From the NCBI GenBank assembly GCA_030324005.1, contig JARDVH010000163.1, forward strand, positions 33,380,927-33,444,926: a stretch of DNA of 64,000 bases. The letters are read 5' to 3'. Origin of the DNA: Negaprion brevirostris (taxonomy: Eukaryota). Position 1 is the first letter of the stretch. Every line of letters begins with the position of its first letter. A program made the position numbers and the translations under genes. This document shows, piece after piece, positions 1-11,994 of the stretch. The notes beneath the pieces were generated by a model that had not been told where the DNA came from, did no database searches, and was given only the letters and a program-made list of their open reading frames with translations.

Positions 1-420
1 CCTGGTTGGGGCTGGGAGTTACAGGATTTCCAGCCAGCTTACAGCCATGACACTGACTCAAAAAATGTTAATCAATTCCTGCTGTTAACTTTGGCACAAC
101 ATTCATTGGATCTGATATTTCCAGGTTTCCGGTTATATGTACTTTCCCCTAACTGCTCCTCCCTATAAATATCAGGGCCAAAGAATCTATACAAGTATGG
201 TAAAATTAAGGCAATGAGTTTTACAAACAGTTGAGCTATTCACTGAATGAAAATCTTATCCAAGCACAGAAAATTACTTCATTCAGCAAGTTCATACAGA
301 GGCAAGTGAGCACTGGAGAATCCAAAAATACCGCGCAACCTGCTTTGCCCTTAATTATTCTTCTGGTGTTGAAGGAGTATGAATGAAGTGATCCTCTATC
401 CTGACTAATGTAGCAATAAC

Positions 421-488
421 CTGGTACTTATATTTGTGCTTCTCTTGTATCAATGCTGTCAGTGCAGAAACACTTCTTGGCACTGAAT
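421..488 (-). CDS. Candidate small coding exon (D)SVPRSVSALTALIQEKHKYKYQ of an unidentified gene
   Basis: Minus-strand acceptor ttctgtttttgcag| and weak donor CAG|gttatt. The frame is open and continues to a stop at 355, so it could be a terminal exon. No homology recognised. Confidence 0.25.
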
Positions 489-1580
489 CTGCAAAAACAG
501 AATTACCAAGGTGAAGTAAGTTATTCTGGCTGCACACACCAGTGCCCATGGGATTGCAACCATGTCAGAAACCTGATATTATAGCAGTTATTCAAGTCTT
601 ACAAAAGAAAGGAAACCCGAAGGTAACTCACAACAGTCATATGCCACATTATTCCTCACAAGAGCATTAAATTGGTATTGAGATACAAGCTGGCACCTCA
701 TTAGACTGATGAGAACGCTATTTTACAATTTCATTGGCATCAAGCTTGTTTGTTAAAGTGGCACCAAGGTCATTACACTACACTGTGGGGACCAGATCAG
801 AGCAGATGTCAGCGCCTATTAACTTCCAATGGTCTAAGATAACAGGGGTACTGACATTGATGCCTGTCTGACAATCGTAGAAATTCCAGCTGAGTTCAGA
901 CGAGTGGCAGCGTGTGCTGTCTGCAGGATTTTCAGCAGGGAACAGAAAATGAATGGCAGCACAGAAGGCAAATGCTGCCTGCAACGTGCACAAGAAGGAA
1001 CTGGAAGATAAGGGATTGACGGAAATTCTGGTTTGCAAATCTTAAAACACAGCAATGGAGAGAAATGTAAAGCAACGGCAACGGAAAATCTGTACTGTAC
1101 CAGTTGGCAAATCTAAATCTGAAGAACCTTGAGTTGGCCCAAACTATTAATTCAATGTCTATAAATCTTTGGGGGCATGTTTCTCTTGTCACCTGGATTT
1201 GGAATGAATGAAGCCTTCAGCCACTTAGCAGCAGGTGCTGTCGGGAAGTGAACCAGCTGTGATTTTCCTTTAATGTCACAAAAACAGCTGACAGACAGCA
1301 CTGACAGAACCCAGTTAGTGGCTGTTAATTGGTCAATAAAATAGCATGGATGGTGCTGTGAGCTTCACCATGGTTCATTTAACAGCTACATACAGTGATG
1401 ATTGCAAACAGCAATTGAAGTAAGAAGGGGGTTAAAATACAGAGAAGCACGAACAGGAAATGCTGCCAAATAAGCATCATGGTAACATTGAAAGTGGAAA
1501 AAATAGACTGGATCTAGGTACAAAAGGGCCATCAGTGTTTAGTGGACATGGCTCTTCAGCCTAAAACATGATTATTTCAA

Positions 1581-1870
1581 TTTATTTATTAGTCACGAGT
1601 AGACTTGCATGAACACTGCAACGAAGTTACTGTGAAAATCCCCTAGTCGCCATGTTCTGGTGTCTGTTTGGAAACGCAAAGGGAGAATTTAGCATGACCA
1701 AGGCACTTCACCAGCACGTCTTTCACACTGTGGGAGGAAACTGAAGCACCCAGAGGAAACATGTGCAGACAGGGGGAGAATGTGCAGACTCCACACAGAC
1801 AGTGACCCGAACCAGGAATCAAACCCAGGTCCCTGACATTCTGAGGCAGCAGTGCTAACCACTACACCAT
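1581..1870 (-). mobile_element. HE1-like tRNA-derived V-SINE, tail type B
   Basis: Reverse strand shows the tRNA head (A box ..gtagtggttagcactgctgcctca, B box gggtttgattcc), the V-domain (gtctgtgtggag..ttctcccc..tttcctctgggtgc..ttcctcccacag) and the tail ggattttcacagtaacttc..gtgactaataaa. Confidence 0.9.
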
Positions 1871-2074
1871 TTTGGCACTAATCTGAGCTAAATATATTGA
1901 ACTTACAATATAAGAAACAAAACAGTCACCAACGCAGTCAAGTGTTCTTTGGAATTGCGAGCCAAAGGTTTGTTCTGTACTCAGCTCAATCAGTGACTGA
2001 CCTGGGAGTATTAAATGCCGACCGAGGAACAGGAGAGGTGGTATGTTTTTCAACTCACTGACTGAACATAAAAC

Positions 2075-2390
2075 TGATGGAAAATGTTTGTTCACTTCCT
2101 AGGGTACTGATCACAGATAAAAAGGCATGGCTGTCAACGGTGGAGCAATTAAGTTTGGGGATGTTCAAGGGGTCAGATTGAGAGGAGCAAAGATATCTTG
2201 CAGGTCTGTCAAGCTGGAGAAGACTGTAGAGACAGGGAAAGGCAAGGCCATGGAGGGATTTGAAAAGAAGATAAGATTTTTAAAATCAAGGTGTTGCTTG
2301 AGCAGGAGACCAGTGAGCACATGGGTGATAAGGAAATAGGACTTGTAAGGCATGGATAGCAGAGTTTCAGATTACCTCAAATTACTGAGT
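2075..2390 (-). mobile_element. Decayed L2-type LINE 3' ORF2 fragment
   Basis: ggagggatttgaaaa..aagatttttaaaatcaaggtgttgcttga..gcagagtttcagattacctcaa resembles the antisense C-terminal region of fish and shark L2 elements. Confidence 0.55.
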
Positions 2391-2509
2391 AAAAATATTA
2401 AACATTTTAACATTTTAAAATTATCAGGTCTCCTATTTATTTGTGTTCATTTCTGATATCAATCTGACTTTCAAACATTTCTTTTCTCCACAATTAAGCT
2501 TCCAGTCCT

Positions 2510-2615
2510 CAATATGGCAGGAGAATGGGGATCAGAAAAATATCAGCCTTGATTGAATGGTGGGGCAGACTCAATGGGCCAAATGGCCCAATTTTGCCCT
2601 TACTTCTTACCGTCT
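2510..2615 (+). mobile_element. CR1/HER1 LINE 3' tail
   Basis: atcagccttgattgaatggtggggcagactcaatgggccaaatggcc.. is the typical elasmobranch CR1 3' end. Confidence 0.8.
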
Positions 2616-2719
2616 TATTTATTTTCATTTTCAATATAACGATTTTTGTCTTATGATTCTTTCGTTGCTTTCAAATCTTCTGCAAATTCATTTTGTGCTT
2701 AACAGCCTGAGCATTTACA

Positions 2720-2815
2720 GAGAAACATAGAACATTACAGCACAGTACAGGCCCTTCAGCCGTCAATGTTGTGCTGAGCTATGTCCAATCCCAAGATCAA
2801 GCTATCCCCTCCCTA
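2720..2815 (-). mobile_element. CR1/HER1 LINE 3' tail
   Basis: agaacattacagcacagtacaggcccttcagcc..ccaagatcaagctat is nearly identical to the tail of the CR1 copy at 14482-14960. Confidence 0.8.
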
Positions 2816-3356
2816 TAATCAATTTGATTGAGTGATTATCTCTTAGCTGTGTAATTGATTTAACTGAATCCTTCTGCTTTATGTCCATTATGTTATTTGG
2901 TCAAGAGAACAGGAGGAAGAGTGGAAGGTGATAGCTGGATTTAGAGCAGTGGGAGGGGCTAGTAAGGAAAGCTAATTCAAATTGAGTAAGGCCTAAATCT
3001 GAAGGTGGGATTAAGTCTATAAAGGAACTCAATTGAGTTGAGGTTGCGAGGGAACAATGACAAATGGGTTCGAGATTGCAGTGAAATTGGTAGAAAGATG
3101 ACAAGGAGAGGAAAGTCCAAGACTGGGACTTCCTGATGGCTCAGAGAGTTGCAATCTGCATTTTGATGGAGGTAATTGCATTGCAGCTCATGGGAATTGT
3201 AGTCTAATTAGTTATCTCAGAACTTCGGCCTGAACTATGAAGGCTGGATACAAAATAATCAGAAGAATGTGTGTAAGAGGTTGATGATGTTCATGAGTCC
3301 TGATTGGTTTGTTGAGTCTTAATCAGTGGGAGCAGAGTGGGAATGGGAGATGAGGA

Positions 3357-3730
3357 GAAATAAGAACATAAGAAATACGAGCAGGAGTTGGCCATCTAGC
3401 CCTTCGAGCCTGCCCCACCATTCAATAAGATCATGGCTGATCTGTCGTGTCTCAGTTCCACACTCCNNNNNNNNNNNNNNNNNNNNNNNNNNNNNNNNNN
3501 NNNNNNNNNNNNNNNNNNNNNNNNNNNNNNNNNNNNNNNNNNNNNNNNNNNNNNNNNNNNNNNNNNATCCCCTACCACTAAGTCCCCCCTCTCATCCTCT
3601 AAGGATCCAACGTTCACCCTAGCCAGCCTCTTCCTTTTTATATGTTTATAAAAACTCTTGCTATCCTTTTTTATATTAGGCGCTAGCCCAGCTTCATAGT
3701 TTATCCTACCCTTCTTTATCAACTTTATCA
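3357..3730 (-). mobile_element. CR1 LINE (3' tail, gap, ORF2 fragment)
   Basis: Tail at 3357-3466. ORF2 peptide NYEAGLAPNIKKDSKSFYKHIKRKRLARVNVGSLEDERGDLVVG lies beyond the N gap. Confidence 0.85.
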
Positions 3731-3739
3731 ACAAATAGC

Positions 3740-4497
3740 AGCTGCAACAAATCCAAGTTGTGAGGGTGGTCCCCCAGCCCGAACAAAGGCCATTGAGGCC
3801 CCCCCAGGAGGTCACGGGTCAGGTGAGGTGCCCCATGATCAGTGCCAGGCTGGCAGAGCCATCCTGGAACGCAGGCACTGCCCAAGGGGAAATCTGACAC
3901 TGCCCATTGGGCATCAGGCCGTAACAAGGGGACGGGCCGTAGCAGCAGGGCATACTGGGGGCGGGGCCTATTGTGAGTGATTGGTGAGGGACCTGCTGCC
4001 ACTCTGCAATTGGAATCGGAGGCACAGGTGATCAGAGCTGGCTATCAGGGTCAGGGAGGAAGGATTGGGGCTGTGGTTGGGGTTACATGCGAAGTGGGAT
4101 TAGGAAGTCAAGGCTAGGCTTGAGGCACATCAGGGCTGATCCGGAGAGATCCGGGAGGCCAGCGATTGGGGGGTGGGGTTGCTGGAAGGACCATGATGGG
4201 GGATTGTGGAGCTGGCCAACGATCGGAAGGCTGACAATATGGGACCACTTCATATGTGCCAATCTCCACGTTGACAGATCAGCGCACGCGCAGTGGCCCA
4301 CTCAGCATTATGTTGCTGGCCTCTCGGGCGGGAATAGGCCTTGCCCACAGATTTCCAGAGTAAATCATGCTAAGGCATTCTGTGACGCATAGCGTGTTGG
4401 CAGATTCATTCTGGAAATCAGGCTTAAGAAAAAGGGAGATTTTCTCCCATTTTCCTGCAAATTGGGGACTTAGAATCTTTTTGGGAGAATCTCACCC
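3740..4497. mobile_element. GC-rich non-autonomous DNA transposon remnant, probably PIF/Harbinger
   Basis: GC/CpG-rich non-coding block ending in ..gggagaatctcaccc, the same terminus type as the MITEs in this window. Confidence 0.5.
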
Positions 4498-4589
4498 TGT
4501 ATGTGTGTCAATTTTGAATTAGTGGATGTTTTTCATTTTAAATTCTGAACAAGTGATACTGTGATCTGGTGCTCCCAACATAGTGGGCA

Positions 4590-4940
4590 AGGCGATGGCC
4601 TCGTGATATTACCACTAACCTATTAATCTAGAAACTCAGCTCATGTTCTGGGGACCAGAGCAGATGGCAAAATTTGAATTCAATTAAAATATCTGCCATT
4701 AAGAATCTATGTTGATTGTTTGAAAAACCCATCAGGTTCACTTGTCTCCTTCAGGGAAGGAAATCTATCATCCTTACCTGGTCCGGACTGCATGTAACTC
4801 CAGAGCCACAGCAATGAGGTTGACTCTTAACTCCCCTCTGAAATGGCCTAGTAAGTTGTTCATTAATAGGGCAACAAGGGATGGGCAATAAATTCTGACC
4901 AGCCAGCAATGCCTATGTCCCATAAATGAAGAATAAAAAT
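4590..4940 (+). mobile_element. tRNA-headed bipartite SINE-like element (LINE 5' end joined to LINE 3' end)
   Basis: Core agggaaggaaatct..tccttacctggtc..ctccagagccacagcaatg.ggttgactcttaac, then tail gggatgggcaataaa. Homologous copies lie at 13831, 31405, 60725 and 61455. Confidence 0.85.
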
Positions 4941-5596
4941 AAACGTGGCTAAAGCAAAGGTGTAGGCCATAAGTTTCCATCCAATTAAAATTACATAGAT
5001 ACAGATTGGAAGAGGATCCCTGAAGAACGCTAATGAATTAACCCCGATATCACCTCTTGTGCAAATACTGACGAGTTAACTGATTTACAAAGTCAGACAA
5101 ATGCTGATGAGTTAACTGATTTAAAAAGTCAAACTGCTTAAATTAGTTTTGTTTTAAGAAGACGAGATCTGGATCAAACATTTGTTCTCAATCTTCAGAT
5201 TGGCAGAATCCAATATGGAAGTGAACAAATACACAAGATCACAGACACCACATGGTGGAAGCAGTGATGTGCCAGTGGGAATGATGACAAGCATCTGGAG
5301 AAATCATTTACTATGTGGGAAGTGAGGTCACATGCCATCAGCTAATTTATGCCAGTTGTGGATATAATTTATGCCAGTTGTGGATGTCAGGGACACGTTG
5401 GCTTGAACATCAACTGTAGGATTTGCCACACATTCTTAAAGTTACAAATCTTCTCTTCTTTAGCTTATACAGTAAATTTTATTTACTTATTCGGTAAGCC
5501 TGTTAACTCAATAGAAATACTGTGACAAGCACTGATACATAAAACAGGATGGTATACTATTGACCTTGATGGATTTAAAGTACAAAGAAAACACTA

Positions 5597-5700
5597 GGGT
5601 GGAATTTTAGGGCTCCTCCCAATGGCGGGATTTTCCAGTTTTGCCGAAGTCAATGATTTGCTGCATTTTCCAACTCTGATCAGACATAAAATTTTACCTC
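5597..5700. mobile_element. Short MITE (Harbinger-like TIRs)
   Basis: Imperfect TIRs gggtggaatttta ... taaaattttacctc, about 100 bp apart. Confidence 0.5.
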
Positions 5701-5836
5701 AGGGAGTTGGCTGTAAACATCCTTTGATCCAGGAAAGCAGTATATCAAACCTCTTGAGTTTTACAAGGCCCCCCTCCAAGAGTTTACCTTCCTCTAACTA
5801 AAAAGACCAAATATTTACTCAGAGCCATGAGGTGTG

Positions 5837-5857
5837 AGAGAGAGAGAGAGAGAGAGA
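5837..5857. repeat. (GA)n microsatellite
   Basis: Directly visible. Confidence 0.9.
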
Positions 5858-6094
5858 AGGTGAAAGGGAGACAAAGGATAGGGCCAATGGTAGGGACGGT
5901 GGTGGTGGGAAATGGAAGAGGATTTCCAGCCATCCAACCAAAATTAACAGGGTGTGATGAAGCAGCTGGGAAATGGATGCCAGATGGGTTGTTGACCATG
6001 GGAGGACGGAGCAAGGAGGGAGAGGGAGTCAGGTGGGACATGGGGGAGAATAAGCTATTTGTGAGATGTATAAAGAACAAGCAAGTCAAGAAAG

Positions 6095-6162
6095 AAAGAA
6101 CAACACAGCACGGGAAACAGGCCCTTCGGCCCAACGAGCCCACGCCGCCGTCCCATTGTCAG
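6095..6162 (-). mobile_element. CR1-type 3' tail running into a gap
   Basis: cagcacgggaaacaggcccttcggcccaac, the antisense CR1 tail. Confidence 0.75.
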
Positions 6163-6576
6163 NNNNNNNNNNNNNNNNNNNNNNNNNNNNNNNNNNNNNN
6201 NNNNNNNNNNNNNNNNNNNNNNNNNNNNNNNNNNNNNNNNNNNNNNNNNNNNNNNNNNNNNNNNNNNNNNNNNNNNNNNNNNNNNNNNNNNNNNNNNNNN
6301 NNNNNNNNNNNNNNNNNNNNNNNNNNNNNNNNNNNNNNNNNNNNNNNNNNNNNNNNNNNNNNNNNNNNNNNNNNNNNNNNNNNNNNNNNNNNNNNNNNNN
6401 NNNNNNNNNNNNNNNNNNNNNNNNNNNNNNNNNNNNNNNNNNNNNNNNNNNNNNNNNNNNNNNNNNNNNNNNNNNNNNNNNNNNNNNNNNNNNNNNNNNN
6501 NNNNNNNNNNNNNNNNNNNNNNNNNNNNNNNNNNNNNNNNNNNNNNNNNNNNNNNNNNNNNNNNNNNNNNNNNNNN

Positions 6577-6653
6577 TGACCCAAGCTGGGAATCGAACCC
6601 AGGTCCCTGGAGCTGTGAAGCAGCAGTGCTAACCACTGTGCTACCATGCCACC
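6577..6653 (-). mobile_element. HE1-like SINE head (remainder in gap)
   Basis: ggaatcgaacccaggtccctggagctgtgaagcagcagtgctaaccactgtgc, the antisense A and B boxes. Confidence 0.85.
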
Positions 6654-7504
6654 ATCTGCCCCTGATCTTCCTTCACAAAAACTGAAATTGGTGCAGAGAT
6701 TGGGGTTAGCAGTTTTTTTTTAGCTTCCAACTGTCCCCAACCACCACCCCGCACACCACCCCCACCCCTCCACCCCCATCCGCTCCCACCAACCTATGCT
6801 TAGGGTTGGCAGGTATAATGACAATGGACTTCTCTTGCCGAAGATGTGAGCTCAGAATAACCTCTTAATTATCACAGTTTTCCATCTCCCTAAACACAAG
6901 ACACCTTGGATGCACTTGTCATCGAATTGATTGTGTCATCACCAGGCAGAGGAACAGGTAAGATGTGCATGTAATGAAAATCATTTGTGGGGCTGACTGC
7001 TGCATCGACCACCATCTGTCATTTTAACCCTAAATATTAGGATCTGTTCCCCAGGGCATGAAGGTCCAGAAGCTTCTTGATGCTCAAACAGGCAGTCATG
7101 AAGGAATTTCTCTCAGAAAAATTGGAAAGTCATCTGTGTGCAGTGAAAATGGACATATTGCATTCAGGAAGACTGGGTGACTTTCAGGGATATAATTACT
7201 CCACTGCTTAGCTCTACCTCTCATAAGCATAAGGTTAGTTCAATGGAAACAATGAGATAATCCAGAAACTAATGAAGGAGAAATATTGTCCCTACAGGAG
7301 TTAATTCAATGACAAATCATCGTTATTCAAACACAATGCCAATCGAACCATCCATGGGACTATCCAATGCAAGATCAGAGAGATGCAAGGCAGTTGGCTA
7401 AATCAGAAAGCAGATGGAACTTCAGTCACATGCAAGCCACAAAGATTGGAAAAGATCCTACAATACTCTGCAATCTGTCTACAGGTCCAGCTCACTAATT
7501 AACA

Positions 7505-7592
7505 TACAAACATACAAATAAGGAACAGGAGTAGGCCACCTGACCTGCTCAGCCCACTCCATTGTTCAATAAGATCTTTGTTGATTTGATCA
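7505..7592 (-). mobile_element. CR1 3' tail inserted in the RTE
   Basis: aggaacaggagtaggccac..attgttcaataagatc. Confidence 0.7.
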
Positions 7593-7600
7593 TTTTGAAA

Positions 7601-7905
7601 TTTATTTATTAGAGTCACAAGTCAGCTTACATTAACACTGTAATGAAGTTACTGAGAAAATCCCCTAGTCACAACACTCCGGCACCGAATACCTATTCGG
7701 GTGCGCTGAGGAAGAATTCTTTAGCATGGCCAATGCATCTAACCAGCATGTCTTTCAGATTGTGGGAGGAAACCAGAGCACCTGGAGGAAACGCACGCAG
7801 AAATGCAGAGAACGTGCACACTCTGCACAAAGAGTGATGACAAGCCAGAAATCGAACCCAGGTCCCTGGCACTGTGAGGCAGCAGTGCTAACCAATGTGC
7901 CACTG
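7601..7905 (-). mobile_element. HE1-like V-SINE, tail type B, inserted in the RTE
   Basis: Head, V-domain and tail B are all visible on the reverse strand. Confidence 0.9.
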
Positions 7906-8489
7906 TATATTGCCAACTACCTATTAGCTTTTCACCCTCTTAGTTATCAGGAATTGACTGTTCATCATCAATCCTTGGTGCCAATAGGCCAGTACTGCCC
8001 ACAGAGAAGGCCAAGTACGAGAAAGGTGGACAGAGCACTTTAACCACATCCTTAAATAGCCTTCATATGTCAATGAAGAAGCAATCAACACATTGTCAAA
8101 AGTTGCAATCAACCAATCTCTTGATGACCTACTATGCTGTTAGAAATGGCAAATGCAATCAAACTCCTGTCGAGCAAAGACACTCCTGGAGCTGATGTTA
8201 TATACTCCGGCTGAGGTCTATATGGCTGAAGGTCAATGTGTGGCCAAGAAGCTCACTGAACTCTTTCAGTCGATATGAACAAGAAACCATACAAAAGTAT
8301 ACCCATTGTCCACCTGTTTAACTCAATTAGTGACTGGAGATGGTTCAGAAGACTCACCATCATCCAGAGCACATACAAGCAGAAAGGAAGTGGAAAATCA
8401 TTCATCAATATTGTGACAATCATGGCAGAATCTCTCTTCTTGTATCACTGGTAAAATCTTCACCAGAATCCTGCTGAACCACTTAATAC

Positions 8490-8972
8490 AAGATCGGGGA
8501 GAGATTGAACAACTAGGCCATTATTCTCTCAAAGTCACAAGGTTAAGGGGTGATCAGGCCTTTATTCTTTCAAGTTCAGAAGGTTGAGGGGTGATTTAAT
8601 AGAAGTCTACAAAATACTTACAGAAAAGGTCAGGGTGGATAAGGATAAACTGTTTCCACTGGTTAAAGGCTCTAAAACAAGGTGCCATAATCTAAAAATT
8701 AGGACCAAGCCATGCAGGAAAGATGTTAGGAAACATTTCTACGTGCAGCAAGTGTTGGAGGTTTGGGACTCTCTTCCTCAAATGGCGGTGGATGCTAGTT
8801 CAATTACTGGGGTCAAGTCTGAGAGAAACAAATTTTTATTGAGCAGAGGTATCAAGGGATATGAGCTGAGGGTAGGTACATGGAGTTAGGCCACAGTTCA
8901 GCCACAATCTTACTGAATAGTGGAGTGGGCTCAGGAGGTTGAACGGTCTATGCCTGTCCCTATGCTTCTATA
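8490..8972 (+). mobile_element. 5'-truncated CR1 inserted in the RTE
   Basis: RGDLIEVYKILTEKVRVDKDKLFPLVKGSKTRCHNLKIR..VWDSLP is the CR1 ORF2 C-terminus and is followed by the tail. Confidence 0.9.
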
Positions 8973-9032
8973 ACTTCATCTGATTTGCTGCCAGAAATTC
9001 AATGTAATTTCAGAAAAGATTGAGGAACCACT

Positions 9033-9256
9033 TGTTAGGTATTTGGGGCTTTTATTGTTCTGTTGTGCTGTCACTGTAAGAGTCTAGTCATGTGTATAAT
9101 TCATGATATCATGGGCTGCTTCACAGGCTTTTGCTTTAGTCTCGATCAAGCCTTTGTAGAGTTAACAATTATTCAATAAACCTGCAGTGTTGTTTTTACC
9201 CAACCTCACGTGCTATTACTTCACATTCTTTTATCCTACAAGTGCAGTGCATAACA
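9033..9256 (+). mobile_element. Possible solo LTR inserted in the RTE
   Basis: TGTTA...TAACA termini, internal AATAAA at 9175-9180, and it interrupts RTE coding similarity. No clean TSD. Confidence 0.45.
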
Positions 9257-11994
9257 CTTTGCAGTTAGATAGCTCCAAGGGAAATGCCAAGAACAGAACA
9301 TTGATCTCGACGCTATATTTGTTGACCTGACCAAGACTTTTGGCATAGTCAATTGTGAGGGCCTTTGGAAGGTAATGGAGCGACTTGGCTGTCCTGAAAA
9401 ATTCATCATAATGGTTCAACAGGTTCATGGATGTCCTGAATGATGGAGCGTCTTCTGACTCATTCCCAGTCACAAATGTGGTTAAGCAAGACGATTGTGA
9501 TAGCACCAATCCTCTTCAGCATGGTTTTCTCCATCATGCTCTTTAATACCTTCCAGAATGGGGTGATGCTGACAATAAAGTCAGACATCACATGGACAGG
9601 AATCTGTTCTGAAACAATTCCAAATAAAGAGCAAAGTCTACAAAGACACACTTCATGACTTCCTGTCTGTGATGACTCTTCCTTACTTGCTGATTCAGGG
9701 TCTTGTTCTCCAGATACACGTGACAACTTCAGCCCTGTGATCAGCATGAAGAAAACTGCCATATGTACCAGCTTGCTAAAGGAAAGGCCCATCTCAAGCC
9801 CAAGATTTCTGTCCATGACCCGAACCTGTGGTGGGTAGGTTCACTTAACTTGGCAACACACTCTCACGGGCTGTCAATATTAATGAGACACATGCAAGAA
9901 TTGACAAAACAAGTGTAGCCTTAGGCAGACTTCAAATATCAGTCGGGGAATGAAGAGGAGTAAGTCTGCCCATTCAGCTGAAAATCGATACATGTGAGAC
10001 TTGACTGTTCACCAATGTCATGCTAACAAGCACAATTATTTTCACTTAAACTGTCTTCAGAAGCTTCTGAAAGTCAGATGGCAGGACGTAATCCCGGAAA
10101 CTAAAAGTACACACGTGAACTGGCATGCCAAGAATCCATTTTGAGACTGTAACAACTGAGTTGGCAGGTCATGTAGCCAGAAAATCAGAAACTTACTTAT
10201 CAATGCAAATATTTAATGGAAAGCCTGAATCTAGGTTGCACTCTTTCAACAGTTAAAGGATGCTCCGGTTGGAGGCTTCACTTAGCAGTTTTGATATTGA
10301 CTGAGTCTTGGGGTTGCTGCACCTTGCAGAATCAAATAAATAAAAAACAACGGGACATTCTTCAAAAGCAAATGCATGTCAGATGCAGAGAGAAAACCCA
10401 AGAAGAGAAAATTCTGAACCAGCAACCCATCCAAAACTCAATCATCTAAGATCTCCTGTTCGATTTGCATCAAAACCTTTCAGGCACAGATCGATCTTAG
10501 CAGTCACCTATGTACCCATCAGACCCCAACGAAACACCTCAGATGATGAATATGGTCATGCTTCAAAAGATTAACAAGAAGAGTTGATGCATTGGCCACT
10601 AAACTGCTACAAAGCCTCTTTACTAAGCATCAGCAAGTCAACCAGCTGATTAACAAGTCCCAACTCATCCTTTCCAAGCACCTTAATCATCCTTTCATCG
10701 TGCCTTGCCCTAAATGGGAGTAAATAGACATTTTAAGTTAAGATCCCAGCTTGCCTACCTGTTCATTTCTTTAGTGCTGAAAGAATTTGGTGAAATCCAC
10801 TTCTTTTAGCTTTTTTAAAATTTTACTCCTAGCTTTTCAGTTAGCTCTTACTTCTGAAATGTTAAGGATCTTGGCCATACTACCTGAGCAATGCAACACT
10901 TACACCAGAATTCACTTACATGATACATTAAACCTGCAGACCAGACATGTAAATAATGGTAATGTTTAGAGACAGTGAGCATAAACTTGGCAATAGTTAT
11001 AGGCTTTGACAGTTTGATAGTTACCCAAAGGACTACACAAAACAGAAAGTCAACTATTCTTGTCCTTAAATTGTAACAGGGGAAAATAACAACAGGCACT
11101 GAGTAACCAACAGTTGGCTTCATGGTGGGTAAATGCAATACACCATACAGACCAGAATGGGTCTATTTTGAAATCTGACTGAAGAGAGAATGAAAACTCT
11201 CATGGAACATGAATCCCAACGGAGATAGAAGAGTTATGGCTGGGTTTTCCCATTTCTACACTTACTAATCTGCAATTTTCCAGCCATTCATTTTCAAGAG
11301 GACAAGATTACTGGCCAGTAAGTGCCAAAACCTCAAAGAATACCCTCTTGTAGAAGGGGGAATAACCTTGAGATGGCTAATAGCTTAATTTTGAATGCAA
11401 AGGTCAGTGGTTATCGGAACAGAATCATTCAGAATATAAGATTTTGCTGAGGAAGATTTGGGAAGGTAAAATTTGTGATTTTAAAGAATATTGAATACTA
11501 AGCCAGCAGAGAAAGCAAGTAAAGGAGGACGATGACTGGTGTGCCAGTGGAGTGAAGAGGTAAAAATAGTAAGATGTATGTGAACTGTTCAGTTAAATTT
11601 ACAAAGTGCATGTCGCTGTTCACTTTAAGCTTTCTGCTGTAAGTAAGGAGATCAGTAGTTGCCTGAGGGAATTCCTGTACTGATAAATCTGACATGCTTC
11701 TTGCAATGCATATTCAGTGGGAATAGAGAAAGCATACATTTCATCTGAAAACTGCTTCAAAGTGTTTTTACTTAGCTCACTTACATAATTCCAACTTGTT
11801 GCTCTGAATGCAAGGCTTTACAAAAGTCTAAGATAGGTTGGGATAAAATTAGTCTTTGGTAATAGAGCACAATGGGTGGCAGCAGACCAGCAGTCCATTT
11901 TACACTCAACCAATTTGTAATCCCTGCCAGAGACCAATTACTCTCATCTCTGAATCAGGAGGTTCTGCACTGAGGTCTCACTCCAAAGACTTGA

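Larger units (their letters stand above)
6825..10585 (+). mobile_element. Long decayed RTE-clade LINE with nested insertions
   Basis: APE-domain remnants (KTPWMH, IDCVITRQR, CGADCCIDHHL) at about 6880-7020. RT motifs IFVDLTKTFGIVNCEGLWKVMERLGCPEKF (about 9315) and SDSFPVTNVVKQ. A CxxC..H motif at about 10455-10510. Many stops and frameshifts. Confidence 0.85.

Noticed and set aside
3467-3567. Apparent internally deleted CR1 (also 45075-45174)
   Set aside because: The roughly 100-N gaps are placeholders and probably hide the missing LINE sequence.
5068-5385. Short direct repeats (about 37-bp unit at 5070-5130; about 22-bp unit at 5343-5385); similar at 23738-23773 and 51469-51501
   Set aside because: Two-copy local slippage duplications with no spacers or array structure; not CRISPR-like.
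5827-6647. Long ORFs of 160-250 aa here and at 29122-29830, 32576-33276 and 56894-57363
   Set aside because: Their length comes from N runs translated as X.
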